From positions 34,286,001 to 34,350,000 of the forward strand of contig OX597834.1 of the NCBI GenBank assembly GCA_951406725.2: a DNA stretch of 64,000 nucleotides, written 5' to 3'. The stretch is from Octopus vulgaris (Eukaryota). Position 1 is the first letter of the stretch, and every line of letters starts with the position of its first letter. Below the pieces are notes generated by a model. It saw only the letters and a program-made list of their open reading frames with translations. It was not told where the DNA came from and ran no database searches. This document shows, piece after piece, positions 27,300-39,141 of this stretch. A program made the translations under genes and the position numbers.

Positions 27300-28095
27300 C
27301 TTACAAGTACTTGGTGACCCTGTTAGTGCAGGGGCCACTTAAAAGTACCCAATCCTCACTTGACTCAACAGGTCTCCTCAAGCACAGCAGGTCGCCCTAC
27401 AATCCAAGGTAAGCACAGCAGGCCGTCCTGCGATCCAAGGTACTTTGGATAGGCTGGGGCTTCTATGTGAAGCTGGTGCAGGAAACAGCCATGAACTCAA
27501 GTTATTTGTCGCAGTCACAGCATATCTCCAGATGTTTCAATCTTTTGTCATTGCCTCTGTGAGGCCCAATGTTTGAAGGTCATGATTGACCACCACATCC
27601 CATGTCTTCCTGGGTCTACCTCTACCCCGGATTCCTTCAACTGTTAGGGAGTGGCACTTCTTCACACATCTCTCCTCATCCATCTGTAGTACATGACCAT
27701 ACCAGCGCAAACGTCTCTCTTGCCCACCACATCCAATGCTTCTTATGTCCAGCATTTCTATCAGGGCGCTTACACTCTGCTGTGTGTGCACACTGACATT
27801 ACAAATCCAACAGATCATGCTAACTTCATTTCTTTCAAGCCTACGCATGTTCTCTGCAGCCACAGCCCATGTTTCACTACTGTGAAGCATGGCAGTTTGC
27901 ACACATGCGTCATACAATTTACCTTTCACTCTGAGCAAGAGACCTTTTGTCACTAGTAGGGGTAGAAGCTTTCTAAACTTTGCCCAGGTTATTCGTATTC
28001 TAGTGGTGACACTCTCTGAGCATCCACCTCCACTACTAACTTGGTCACCTAGGTAGTGGAAACTATCAACTACTTCTAGTTTCTCCCCCTTCTAG
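27300..28095 (-). mobile_element. RTE-clade LINE 3' fragment
   Basis: KGKLYDACVQTAMLHSSETW...RRLRWYGHV...RGRGRPRKTW. Confidence 0.85.
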
Positions 28096-28099
28096 TTTC

Positions 28100-28136
<37 letters not shown>

Positions 28137-30674
28137 TATATACGCGCATATATACACACATATATACATACATATATATCCACATACAATTGAAATCGCA
28201 ATCAAATTCGATGACTGGCATCCACGCTAGTGGAGCGCTAGGAGTACCATATGAGCGTGATCGTTGCCAGAGCAAGAAGCTGGCCTTCGTGCCGGTGGCA
28301 CGTAAAAGATACCATTCGAGCGTGATCGTTACCTGTGTCGCCTCACTGACACTTGTGCTGGTGGCACATGAAAAAGCATTTGAGCGAGGTTGTTGTCAGT
28401 ACCACTGGACTGGCTCCTGTGCAGGTGGCACATAAAAAGCACCATTTGAGCGTGGCCTTTGCCAGTACCGCCTGACTGGCCCTCGTGCCGGTGGGACATA
28501 AAAGCACCCACTACACTCTCAGAGTGGTTGGCATTAGGAAGGGCATCCAGCTGTAGAAACTCTGCCAGATCAGATTGGAGTCTGGTGCAGCCATCTGGTT
28601 TGCCAAACCTCAGTCAAATCGTCCAACCCATGCTAGCATGGAAAGCGGACATTAAACGATGATGATGATGACATACATACATACATACATACATACATAC
28701 ATACATTCATGCATACATACACGAGGGTGGAGGTGCATGGTTTAGTGGTTAGGGTGTTGGACTCATGAGTGTAAGATTGGTTCTGATTCCAGGACCAGGC
28801 GATGCGTTGTGCTCTTGATTTCATGTTGCTCCAGTCCACTCAGCTGGCAAAAATGAGTAATCCTGCAATGGACTGGTGTCCCATCCTGTTGGGGAATATA
28901 TGAAACTGGGACCAGCTCTTATGAGTTGGTATGGCTTGAAAAGGTAACTTATTAACTTTACATACATATGACAAATTTTTTTCAAAAATGTAATCTAAGA
29001 AAACTGGTAAGTATCAGTGTTGGAAAAAACTGTATTCACTGGTATAAAACTAAAATTTTTTAAATCAGTATACAGTTGCTAATGCAAAATTGGGCCATCT
29101 CCGGCATAAGTCTTGTGTAAGGATAAGAGGAAAGAGGAGTCCTCAGATGATGAAGATAAACCAAAGCAGAAAGAGGTAAGAATTGACAGACTATTTTGTA
29201 AAAAAAATAATTAAAAAACAATTAAAAAATAATAAATATGGCAGTATGCTATGTTTGGTGGGAGATTTGACTACTGTTTCATATTGATTCTCTTGTTGCT
29301 TCATGAAATGTTTGATTTTTCTACAATTGTCATCTTATAACTTATGTAACACTGTTCATGATCAAATGTTATTTTGTCTTTTATTATATAATTCCATTCT
29401 TGCTAGAAATATAACTTGACCCTAGTGTTTGATTGGTACTTTGTAAATAAAAATATATTTGATGATTATGAAAAGTAGTTATAAAAAATTCTTTTGATGT
29501 GTCCGTTTTGTCAGAAACATGTAATATAAATGCTTTGTCATCTCATTCATGAATGTTCTCAAAAAGGGAACAAATGATAAACTCTTACCGCCTTTGTCTA
29601 GCCTACCTTTGATTTCCTTATTACAGGAATGTTCTGGGAGACAGTTGAGGGAGGTGAAGAATGTTGCCTTTGGTTATCTAATTATATCTCAGTGATTGTG
29701 TACCATTATTAATATTTAGCGTTGAAATATTTTTTTGTCTTCTTAATCAATTGATTACAATCAAAGTATATTGATAGCTCATTTTTGAATACCCGTACCA
29801 TTATTCTTTCAGCTAATATATAATCACCAAATTGTTAGATGCTACTCTTTTGGTTATTTGTCTGCTTGTTTGGTGGATTGCTTGAATGTCTGTTTTGTAT
29901 CTCAAACTACTGTACTTTGGTAGTACAAATTTTTATCAATGTGTAGCATTGTACAGCTTTATCCGGTTACAGTTGTAGTCCTATGTGATCCTTTAAGTGG
30001 AAAGTTTTATTTAACTGTCAGGTGATACCATTACATTAAACTAGTTATCATCTTAATAAGATGCAATCATATGTAAGCTATAAAAAGCATGCAATGATAT
30101 TATCATAATAATGACATTCACATCTAAAAATTTCATTATTTGAGAACTGTGTCTAACATCATTTCTTATGTTTATTACTGTATTAGTCATTAAATTATAT
30201 GCAGCTATATTCAACAGGCAATTTACCAACAATTCAAAATTCAAACTGAGAGGATATAAATATATATGTGTGTTTAAAATGGGAGACAAAAAGAAATTAA
30301 AAGGAAAAGAAATCATCAGTTGTTGCTGAAAGAATTTGTAATATACAATGACTATTGCAGTGAAATATAAGCAAAACCCTTAGAAATTCCAAGCAGTGGA
30401 AAGTATTAAGTCTGTGATAACAATATTAATAGTTAAAATATATAGGTCATTGTTAGTACATTACGCTGACAGAAGCTGTGGACTGTAAAAGATTTATAGG
30501 AAATAAAAAGAAGTGGAGAGGGCTATGAATGCCCAGTTGGTAGTTAAGCTATATGGGACTCATGGAGAAACAAAACCACTTATAAACTCATCAAGGCTCA
30601 ATTCTTTATTGAAACATAAACTTATAATGACAACAACAATAACAGGAAAAGTTTAAAAAATACATGTCACTAAC

Positions 30675-30761
30675 CTGTTTCAGATCATGTGTCTTCTTTT
30701 CCATCAGTAGTTTATTCATTTCTTTCAGTTTTTCATTTAATGCTCGATTCTGTTCCTTTGC
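30675..30761 (-). CDS. CNTRL: Centriolin exon 16
   Basis: AKEQNRALNEKLKEMNK...DLKQ; ttttcag acceptor, gttagt donor. Confidence 0.82.
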
Positions 30762-30829
30762 CTGAAAACAGAATTTGTCATGTAGTTTAGCTCTGTCTTG
30801 CTTGGAAGTTATATTATCAGTTGTTGTTG

Positions 30830-31680
30830 TTAAGAAACATCACATTAAAGCTCATTTGGCCTTTGAAAAAACACATCAAAATGAACTGGCAACATATTGG
30901 GAAAACATAGGTCTGTTGAAACTAAGATTGAGCTTTCCAGCAGAAATTCACTCAGCAAGGTTTGGAGAAAGAATGACACAGAATACGCATCAAAGAATAC
31001 TATTCCTACAGTCAAATTCAGAGGCAGATCAGTAATGGTATGGGTTTGTTTTTGCTCTTCAGGTGTTGGAAGAATGGAACTAATCGAAGGAGCAATGGAT
31101 GATGAAAAATATAGGGGAATTTTAGAGAGATGTTTAATACCTAGCTTGGAACAAGGATGGGCCTTTCCACAGGATGACAATTCAAAGCACATAGCAAAGC
31201 TGACTAAGAGTTGGCTGAAAATAAATGGGATTAATATTCTGAAATGGCTAAGTCAATCTCCAGACCTTAATCCAATTGAAAATTTGTGGAAAGAATAGAA
31301 ACTAAGAGTTCAAAAAAGAAACCTGCGGAACTTAAAAGAATTGAAAAGAATTTGTGTAATGGAATGAAGGAAAATAAGCCCTACCTCATGTAAAAAGTAT
31401 TTAGGAGACTATTCAAAGCACCTGCAAGCTCTTATCATCAACTAGGGTTATGCAATTAAATATTGATTTGATTGCACAAATGTGTTGTAAATTTTTGCAA
31501 TTTGAATTAAACTTATTTCCATTTAAAATTTCTTCTGTTCGTTATTATGTAATTCTGATTGTTGTGTTGAATTTATTACAAAAAACTTCATAAATGGTGG
31601 AAATTTCATTAACCTGCATTAACTCAATATATGTAAACTTAGATTTTTGACTGTGTGTTGCAAACTTTTGCAGGTCATTT
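30830..31680 (+). mobile_element. Tc1-like transposase remnant, 5'-truncated, with right terminal region
   Basis: PTVKFRGRSVMVW...FPQDDNSKH...WLSQSPDLNPIENLW; repeated TGTGTTG(T/C)AAA(T/C)TTTTGCA near 31481 and 31654 suggests an IR/DR end. Confidence 0.88.
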
Positions 31681-32254
31681 AGCTAAATTAGGACACAGCT
31701 TAGTTATGAGAACCATAACTCAGAGATGAACCATATTAAATATATGTCATTAGTATTGATTTCTTATAGAGGCAAAATACCTCAGATTTACAAGGAATGA
31801 AAATATGATATTAATGCATTTCTCAAAGTAATTAACAGTATAAGTTGCTACAACTATGATTTAAACCCAGATTGCAGACTTAACACATTAGCAGCTGATA
31901 GACATTTCTTATTGATATTATGGCTGAAATAGTTCATTCTCTGGCTACAACATACTCTCACTGCTAGAAAGTGTTATTAAAACTAGGTTACTTCACTATT
32001 GTTCATTTTGAATTTTTTCAAACTGAGTAATAAATTACCATGCATGCTGCAACCACCATAGCCAGTCTAGCAAATAATCTTGTGCAGTAAATTATTAAAT
32101 CTGCTACCTAGAATAATTGATATAATTTTTAGCTTGAGATAATCTCAAAGTGAAGTTTCCCCATTGTTAAATATCCTCTCTTACTTCCTTCTCTGAACAT
32201 CTAAATATTGTCAAAAATAAATTGTAAGAAAAAATTGATTGAATTTTACTCAAC

Positions 32255-32383
32255 CTTTCTTTCATTCTCTTTTCTTTCATCTAGTTCTTTCTTCATTTGG
32301 TTCATTTTATCTTGCAATCCTTTCTGTAAGTCTTGAAAGATTTGTCCGACAAAGTCTTTGTTATCCTCTGGCTCAATGACATG
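32255..32383 (-). CDS. CNTRL: Centriolin exon 15
   Basis: HVIEPEDNKDFVGQIFQDLQK...ENERK; 129 nt. Confidence 0.8.
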
Positions 32384-33400
32384 CTGTTCAAAGAAGATAA
32401 GAGCAGAGATGAAAAGACACTACTCAATGTGTGCATTGTGTGGGTGGATGTGTGTTTTTTGTGTGTTGTATGCAAGTTGTCAGTACATTTTGTGAGTGAG
32501 TGTACTGTGTGCATAATATTCATGTACTGTAAATTATTGTGTATGAATTTTCTAAGTTTTTGCCTGTGTAATGCATATATATGTAAGTATATGTCTATTT
32601 TATGAGTGTGTTGTGTATGTAAGCATGTGCACATGCACAAGTACTCCATCCCTTGCACATTCCAACTTTACTTTCTTCTTCTTTTACTAATTTCACTCAT
32701 TAAACTGCAGCCTTGCTGCTACTGCTATCAAGGGTTTAATTCATTATATCAACTTCATTGGTTATTTCAGTTAGGTAGTTATATTATCACTCACAATTGA
32801 ATATTAAGGGATGTAACTCAAGACACATATATACACAACAACTCATATATATGCAGACTCACAAACGCACGTATGATTCCTAATATAGGGACAAGGCCAG
32901 AAACTTTTGAAGAATAAAACTGTTGATTATATTGGCTCCATTACTTGGCTAGCACTTTATTTTATTGATCCCAGAAGGATGAAAGGCAAAATTGACCTCA
33001 CTGGCTTTGAACTCAGAATGTAAAGAACCAGAGAAATGCTGCAAGACATTTTGTCTTACACACTCCCCCCCCTCTCTCTCTCTACACCCACACATGTGTG
33101 TGTGCGTGTGTGCATATATGCATGTATATATGTATGTACACACACACACACTTACACACACATGTTTACACACATAGGATGGTCTTTCACATAATTTCTG
33201 TTTACAAAATTCCATTCACAAAGTATTAGTAAACATGAAACTGCAGTAGAAGACACTTTACCTAGGTGCCACTTAGTAGGATTGTATCTAGAGTTGTTTG
33301 AATAAGAAATGACTGTGAATACATTTATATGCATTACATATACTGTAAGTATATTAATATGTGTATTGTGTATAATGTGACTGTAGTGAGCATGTGTGTG

Positions 33401-33449
<49 letters not shown>

Positions 33450-33469
33450 TATATATATGTACATATATA

Positions 33470-33547
<78 letters not shown>

Positions 33548-33893
33548 TCACTGTATGACTGGGCATAGGCTTGTATATATGTGTTTGTGTGTGCCCCCGT
33601 AAGCAGTGTGAAGCCAAATAAAAAGTGGTATATATTTAAATTTACAATGATGAGTTGAGATGAGGTGGAACACTCATACCCTTTGCATAGTTGTTTCAAT
33701 ACAAGATGTGTGTGTGTACATAATGTGTATTGTGAGTGTGTGTGTGGACAAGAAGTGATAGTGTTTTGGTATTACTGAAATGTAGATTTTTATAGCAGGT
33801 GTTGAATGAGTGTAACTAAGAGTAAATTTTACTTTTGATAACTCTTTCAACAAATATAGTAGCAATGTACAAATATATCAAAACATCAGTTAC

Positions 33894-34028
33894 CTTTCCT
33901 GTTTTCAAGCTGTGAGACAGACTTTTCATTTTCTTCTTTAAGTCTGCAGGCAGTATAAAGTCATTGTAACATCGGTCAAATTTCTTCTTATTCTCATCCA
34001 GTTTGTCTTTTAATACACTGTTCAACAT
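33894..34028 (-). CDS. CNTRL: Centriolin exon 14
   Basis: MLNSVLKDKLDENKKK...LKTGK; 135 nt. Confidence 0.83.
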
Positions 34029-34523
34029 CTAAAAAAGAGAGAGACATAGTAGGGAATAAATTACAAAAGTTTGTTTTACTTTGGGAACTATAATAAATAC
34101 CTGAAGTCTGATATTGTAACAAGCTATTCACCAATTATCAGGTGTGTATGTGTGTGGTGAGCACATGATATAGGTGTTGAGTGCTTAGTGATCTGTGTCT
34201 TCCACACATATTCAGTTCTAGTGGTAACCTTTTATTTAGTCCCCTGCCCCAGAGTTAATAGGACTGATAACAAATTAATGATGGATACTTCTGATCAAAA
34301 GTTATCAAGCAAGTGAGAGTAAGGATCTCTAAGTAAAATAAATGATGAAATCATTTCCTTACTTATAGTCACATATGGTAACCTGCAGGTTAATTTGACT
34401 AAAATTGTATGTGGTGGATAAACTGCTACGAAATTCGGCTAAGATTATATACAGTGCTGAAAAGGTTAGTTGTTATTTGGAGAAATATGACAAGTTTGTG
34501 AAATTACTTAAGAAAATTCCAAC

Positions 34524-34658
34524 CTTTGATTTTTCTAGTTCTGACATTATATGCTGGACATTTCTGTCTTTTTCAATATCAAGTATAGCTTTCTTAGCAG
34601 ACACAAGGGTATTTTCTTTTTCTGCAATTAACTGTTGTTCAATTGATTGAATTTCTGC
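34524..34658 (-). CDS. CNTRL: Centriolin exon 13
   Basis: AEIQSIEQQLIAEKE...LEKSK; 135 nt. Confidence 0.83.
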
Positions 34659-34799
34659 CTACAATGGAAGAAAGAACATGGTTACTTTTTGATACATATT
34701 GAAAATGTATGCCTTGCATTTCTTATATAATCATTTGTGCTGTTAAATAATTTGGTGGTTAAAACTTGGTATTGATAACTAATGTTAATCTTTACAAAC

Positions 34800-34976
34800 C
34801 TGTGCTCTTCGTTCTGTTTCTTCGATTGTCTGCTTCAAGTCTTTCAAATCCAGTTCTGTTTCTGTTATTTGGTTCTGCAGATCTTTTTCCTGTTCCTCTT
34901 TCATTTGAAGTTCCTTCTCCAAAGCATCAGATATTCTCTGCTGTTCTTCTAGTGCATCTTGTGTTTCAGCTACACA
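34800..34976 (-). CDS. CNTRL: Centriolin exon 12
   Basis: CVAETQDALEEQQRISDALEKEL...RAQ; 177 nt, phase 0-0. Confidence 0.83.
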
Positions 34977-35139
34977 CTAATGATAGGTTAAGGGAAAGAT
35001 ATGGATTATAAGAACTCTGTAAGCTACTTTAGACAGTCAAACTCATCTTTAACATAACATATATATTTCTATTGAGCAAACATGGCAAGAAATGAGTATC
35101 ACTTTGTAATCACTTAATTATATATATATATATATACAT

Positions 35140-35467
35140 ATATATTGATAAAAATGGTAAGACAACAAAAGAATGAAAGAGACCTTGATATTATGTAAAT
35201 AGAGGAATTTATCTGTAAATGTAATATGTGACAATTATTAGGTAGCCATGATAAAACTCCGAGTTTCGGATGCCGAGGTGGAAATCCATGCTGCCATCTC
35301 TATCAGTTATCCAGCCATCGGAAAAGTACTCTGAAAAAAAATACCTTTTCATAGTATTTTTCCAATGGCCAGATAACTGAAGAGATGGCGGCGTGGATTT
35401 CCACTTCGCCATCCAAAGCTCGGAGTTTTATCATGGCTACCTAATAATTGTCACATATTACATTTAC

Positions 35468-35472
<5 letters not shown>
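35140..35472. mobile_element. Palindromic Penelope-like remnant in (TA)n, with inverted hammerhead-like motifs
   Basis: Inverted arms span 35210-35472; (TA)n on both sides; CUGAAGA and GAAAC cores visible. Confidence 0.65.
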
Positions 35473-35506
<34 letters not shown>

Positions 35507-36879
35507 CATATATAGAAAATAATATACTATATGTGAAGGCACATGGCTCAGTGGTTAGAGCATCAAGCTAACGATCGTGAGGTTGTGAATTCGAATCCCA
35601 GAGTAGGCTGCATGTTGTGTTCTTGAGCAAGACATTTTATTTCACGTTGCTCCAGTTCACTCAGCTTTAGAAATGAGTTGCGACATCACAGGTGCCAAGC
35701 TGTATCAGCCATTGCCTCTTTCCCTTGGATAACACTGGTGGCGTGGAGAGGGGAGGCCAGTATGCATGGGCAACTGCTGGTCTTCCATAAACAACTTTGC
35801 CTGGACTTGTGCCTGGGATGGTTATCTTCTAGGTGCAATCCCATGGTCTGTCATGTCCGAAGGGGGTCTCAAATATACTATATATATATATATATAGAGT
35901 CATCTGTATAATTGACAATTGAGTGGGTATATTGATCAATGTATACAGTATTACAGGTCCATCAGAGATGGTAGGCATGATGATATGGCAGGGGAAAAGA
36001 CTTGAATTTTTGAATTTCATATACACCTGTTATTGTGCTGTAAATTTTCAGTCACAATGTAGTTGTTTAAGTTTTGCAATAATACAAGACTACCATAACT
36101 CTCTTTCGAGGCTTATACATAAACACCATATTAATGCTTTTTAATGTGTTCAATGTGTTCAATATTACAGAATTTTCAAAAATTTTTACATATTCATGAA
36201 AATACAATTATGTATTTTGCACACAATGGAAATAATCAAACATGAAGCAATTGACCAGTTGTAATTAACACTATCTGTGAATAGCCAATTGACCTTCAGA
36301 AGAAAAATATAAAATCAGATGTGTGTTTTATGTCTTTTCCAAAGACATTAACATGATATTAAACTCATTATCATTCATATTTTGTGAGTAGAAAATTCTA
36401 TTAACACACACACTATCACACATATAAACATGCAGTGTGTCCCATAAGTAAGACAACAGTTAGTATTATATTACTGTTTTAATACTTATGAGGTGACATG
36501 TACATTTGCACATAAATGTCAATGTTCTCAATTTAGATATTGAGAATATTGAGAATCTGAGCCAATGAAGGCCACTCAAACTGGCGGCAATAAATAGCCA
36601 AATCTCCTTCAAACTATTCTCTAGTGTCTTTAAATAGGGAATTATGTGCATGCGAGCGCGCATATGTGTGTGTGTATGCATGTGTGTGTGTATTTATGTG
36701 TATATTTACATATTTACATATGTATGTATGTATGTATGTATGTAGATAGGTGGGTAGGCATTCTTTCTCAATATTAAGAAATCAATATTCTATTTATGCT
36801 TAAAATTAACTCTGCAGAACACATTAATCTACAACACTTTAATATGTTCTACAGCATCTCTGAAACTACAAATTGTCTT

Positions 36880-37260
36880 ACATACATACATTCAAACCTT
36901 CATACATTCATACATTTAAACATTCATACATACATACATTCAAACATACATACATACATACATACATACATTCCTACATACATACATACATACATACATA
37001 CATAAATACATACATACATACATACATACATACATACATACATACATACATACATACATACATACATACATAAATACATACATACATACATACATACATA
37101 CATACATACATACATACATACATACATACATACATACATACATACATAACATACATACATACATACATACATACATACATACATACATACATACATACAT
37201 ACATACATACATACATACATACATACATGCATGCATGCATGCATGCATACATCCATACAT
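36880..37260. repeat. (CATA)n microsatellite; other long SSRs include (TA)n 709-800 and 33403-33544, (GAA)n 2006-2070, (CA)n 11595-11654, (ATG)n/(TAA)n 17244-17345, compound (CT)(TA)(TG) 27007-27140
   Basis: Direct inspection. Confidence 0.95.
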
Positions 37261-37638
37261 ATGTACATATATATATATGTGTGTGTGTGTATTGTTGGGT
37301 GGCACAGTAGTAGAAATGGTAGAAAGTTAGAAGACTACAAACTTCAAAAGCATTTAGTTCTGCCTCTTTTGTAACTGGGTTCAAACACTACCAAGGTTGG
37401 TTTTGCTTTTCATTCCTAAAGGAAAGCTAAAAAGCTAAATAAGGACCAATTATATACTGGCGTTGATTCAATTGAATGTACTCTTGCACCAAACTCTTAT
37501 ATTGTACCAATATAGGAAATCATTGTTGATTTTTGTTTTTCATGTATCCAGGGTTGATGTAATAAGTACCAGTCAAATACTGGAGTTGATTTAATAGACT
37601 GTGGCCTTGTGCCTATATTAAAAATCATTATTATTTAC

Positions 37639-37868
37639 CAAATTTAGCCTGTGGATTGTTTGGTTTGCATTATTCGCCCCCTGTATCATTTCTTCCTGCT
37701 CTTCAATTTTCTTCTTCATTGCTTCTCTTTCACTAAGTAGTTGCTCAATGTGTTTCATTTGGCTATGATTCTTTAATTTAACAGTCTTCATGTAGGCTTG
37801 CAAGTCTTCCACCATTGTACCAAGATTTTGTCGAAGAATGTCAGATCCTACATCAGTGTTTTGGTCAT
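37639..37868 (-). CDS. CNTRL: Centriolin exon 11 (acceptor uncertain: 37868 or in-frame 37847)
   Basis: DDQNTDVGSDILRQNLGTMVEDLQAYM...RLNL; phase 1-0. Confidence 0.8.
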
Positions 37869-38353
37869 CTTTTGTTGTTTTTTTAAAGTGGAAATAAAAA
37901 AGATAAATTAGTTTCTCTTTCTCAAATACTGTAGTTTAAAATGATACATTATGTTTCATGATCATTATTGATACAGATGAGCATTTACAAAATGAAAGTG
38001 TATACGAGAAATCACTCCTTCTTTTGTGTGTGTGTGTGTGTGCATGTTTACATGCAAAGATACATATTACCAGCATCCTTATAAATACCATTGGGTGATG
38101 AAGATCATGTACTTTTGGTGGTGGTACTAACAAAGCTAGAAAACCATCTTTAAATTACCTCATCACGTTATTTTTAATGTTTGACATTGAATAAAGACTT
38201 GCCTATTTAATACTTTTATAGGACCTTTTATCATTCTTTTTTTTTTTTAATCTTAAATAATATTGATATAATACGAATTTGTCTTACATGAATTTTCCTA
38301 TACAGCGAAAATCCTTTCACCGACTTTTCCAGACATGCAGTGAAAACACCTAC

Positions 38354-38507
38354 CATTGTATAACTGCTGTTCCATTATTTTAATTTCTGATGTTTCGTTT
38401 GCTATTTTTGCAATCATCTGCGAAAGTTGTTCCTGCAAATGTTCACTCACTTCATTGTCTTCTTTAATTTGTTGTTCTTTTTCAACAATTTCTTGGCACA
38501 TTTGTTT
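38354..38507 (-). CDS. CNTRL: Centriolin exon 10
   Basis: KQMCQEIVEKEQQIKE...QQLYN; phase 0-1. Confidence 0.85.
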
Positions 38508-38899
38508 CTGAAAGAAGTTTTGTATAAATTGCTTTTAGATTTCGAAGTGTGGGGTGTGGGGTGTATGTGTGTGTGTGTGTGTGTTCACGCGCACGCATGT
38601 GCAAATATACCCAAATTCAAAATGATCTAATATAACAATATCATTCATTTGGCATGTGTTGAAATATGCCAAAACAATTTAATTCCACACAAATATGTTT
38701 CTTTACAAATAATTCATGTGTTAATTCTGTTTACTGAAACTCTAAAAAGCATATTTTGCTTTACAGTAGTATCTCCTTGTAGACACAATTGTCAGTTATC
38801 ATACTGTTTCCATTTCTCTCTTCTCAGTTGCATATTGTATATAAATGAAAGCTCATTATTTACATTTGATGGATATTTGTCTTCATCTTGTTTGTTGTT

Positions 38900-38945
38900 A
38901 ATACAACGTTTCAGCTGATATACCCGCCAGCCTTCATCAGGTGTC
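38900..38945 (-). ncRNA. Minimal type-I hammerhead ribozyme motif (Penelope-like-element type)
   Basis: Minus strand reads GACAC-CUGAUGA-aGGCUG...CAGCU-GAAAC-GUU-GUAUU, with a palindromic AACGUU stem III and stem I with one mismatch. Confidence 0.65.
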
Positions 38946-38992
38946 TTGGGAAAATTTCAAACCTGGGTTCTCATTCCTAGGGAATTTTTTGA

Positions 38993-39031
<39 letters not shown>

Positions 39032-39107
39032 GACATATGGCGTAGTGGTTAAGAGCACAGGCTACTAACCCTAAGATTCCAAGATCAATTCCAAGCAGTG
39101 ACCTGAA
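39032..39107 (+). mobile_element. tRNA-derived SINE head followed by (TAA)n
   Basis: A-box TGGCGTAGTGG, anticodon-like arm GGCTACTAACC, degenerate B-box GATCAATTCC. Confidence 0.6.
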
Positions 39108-39108
39108 C

Positions 39109-39141
<33 letters not shown>

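Noticed and set aside
39032-39107. Functional tRNA gene (and other A/B-box heads)
   Set aside because: No proper acceptor stem, degenerate T-arm and no oligo-T terminator; these are SINE heads.
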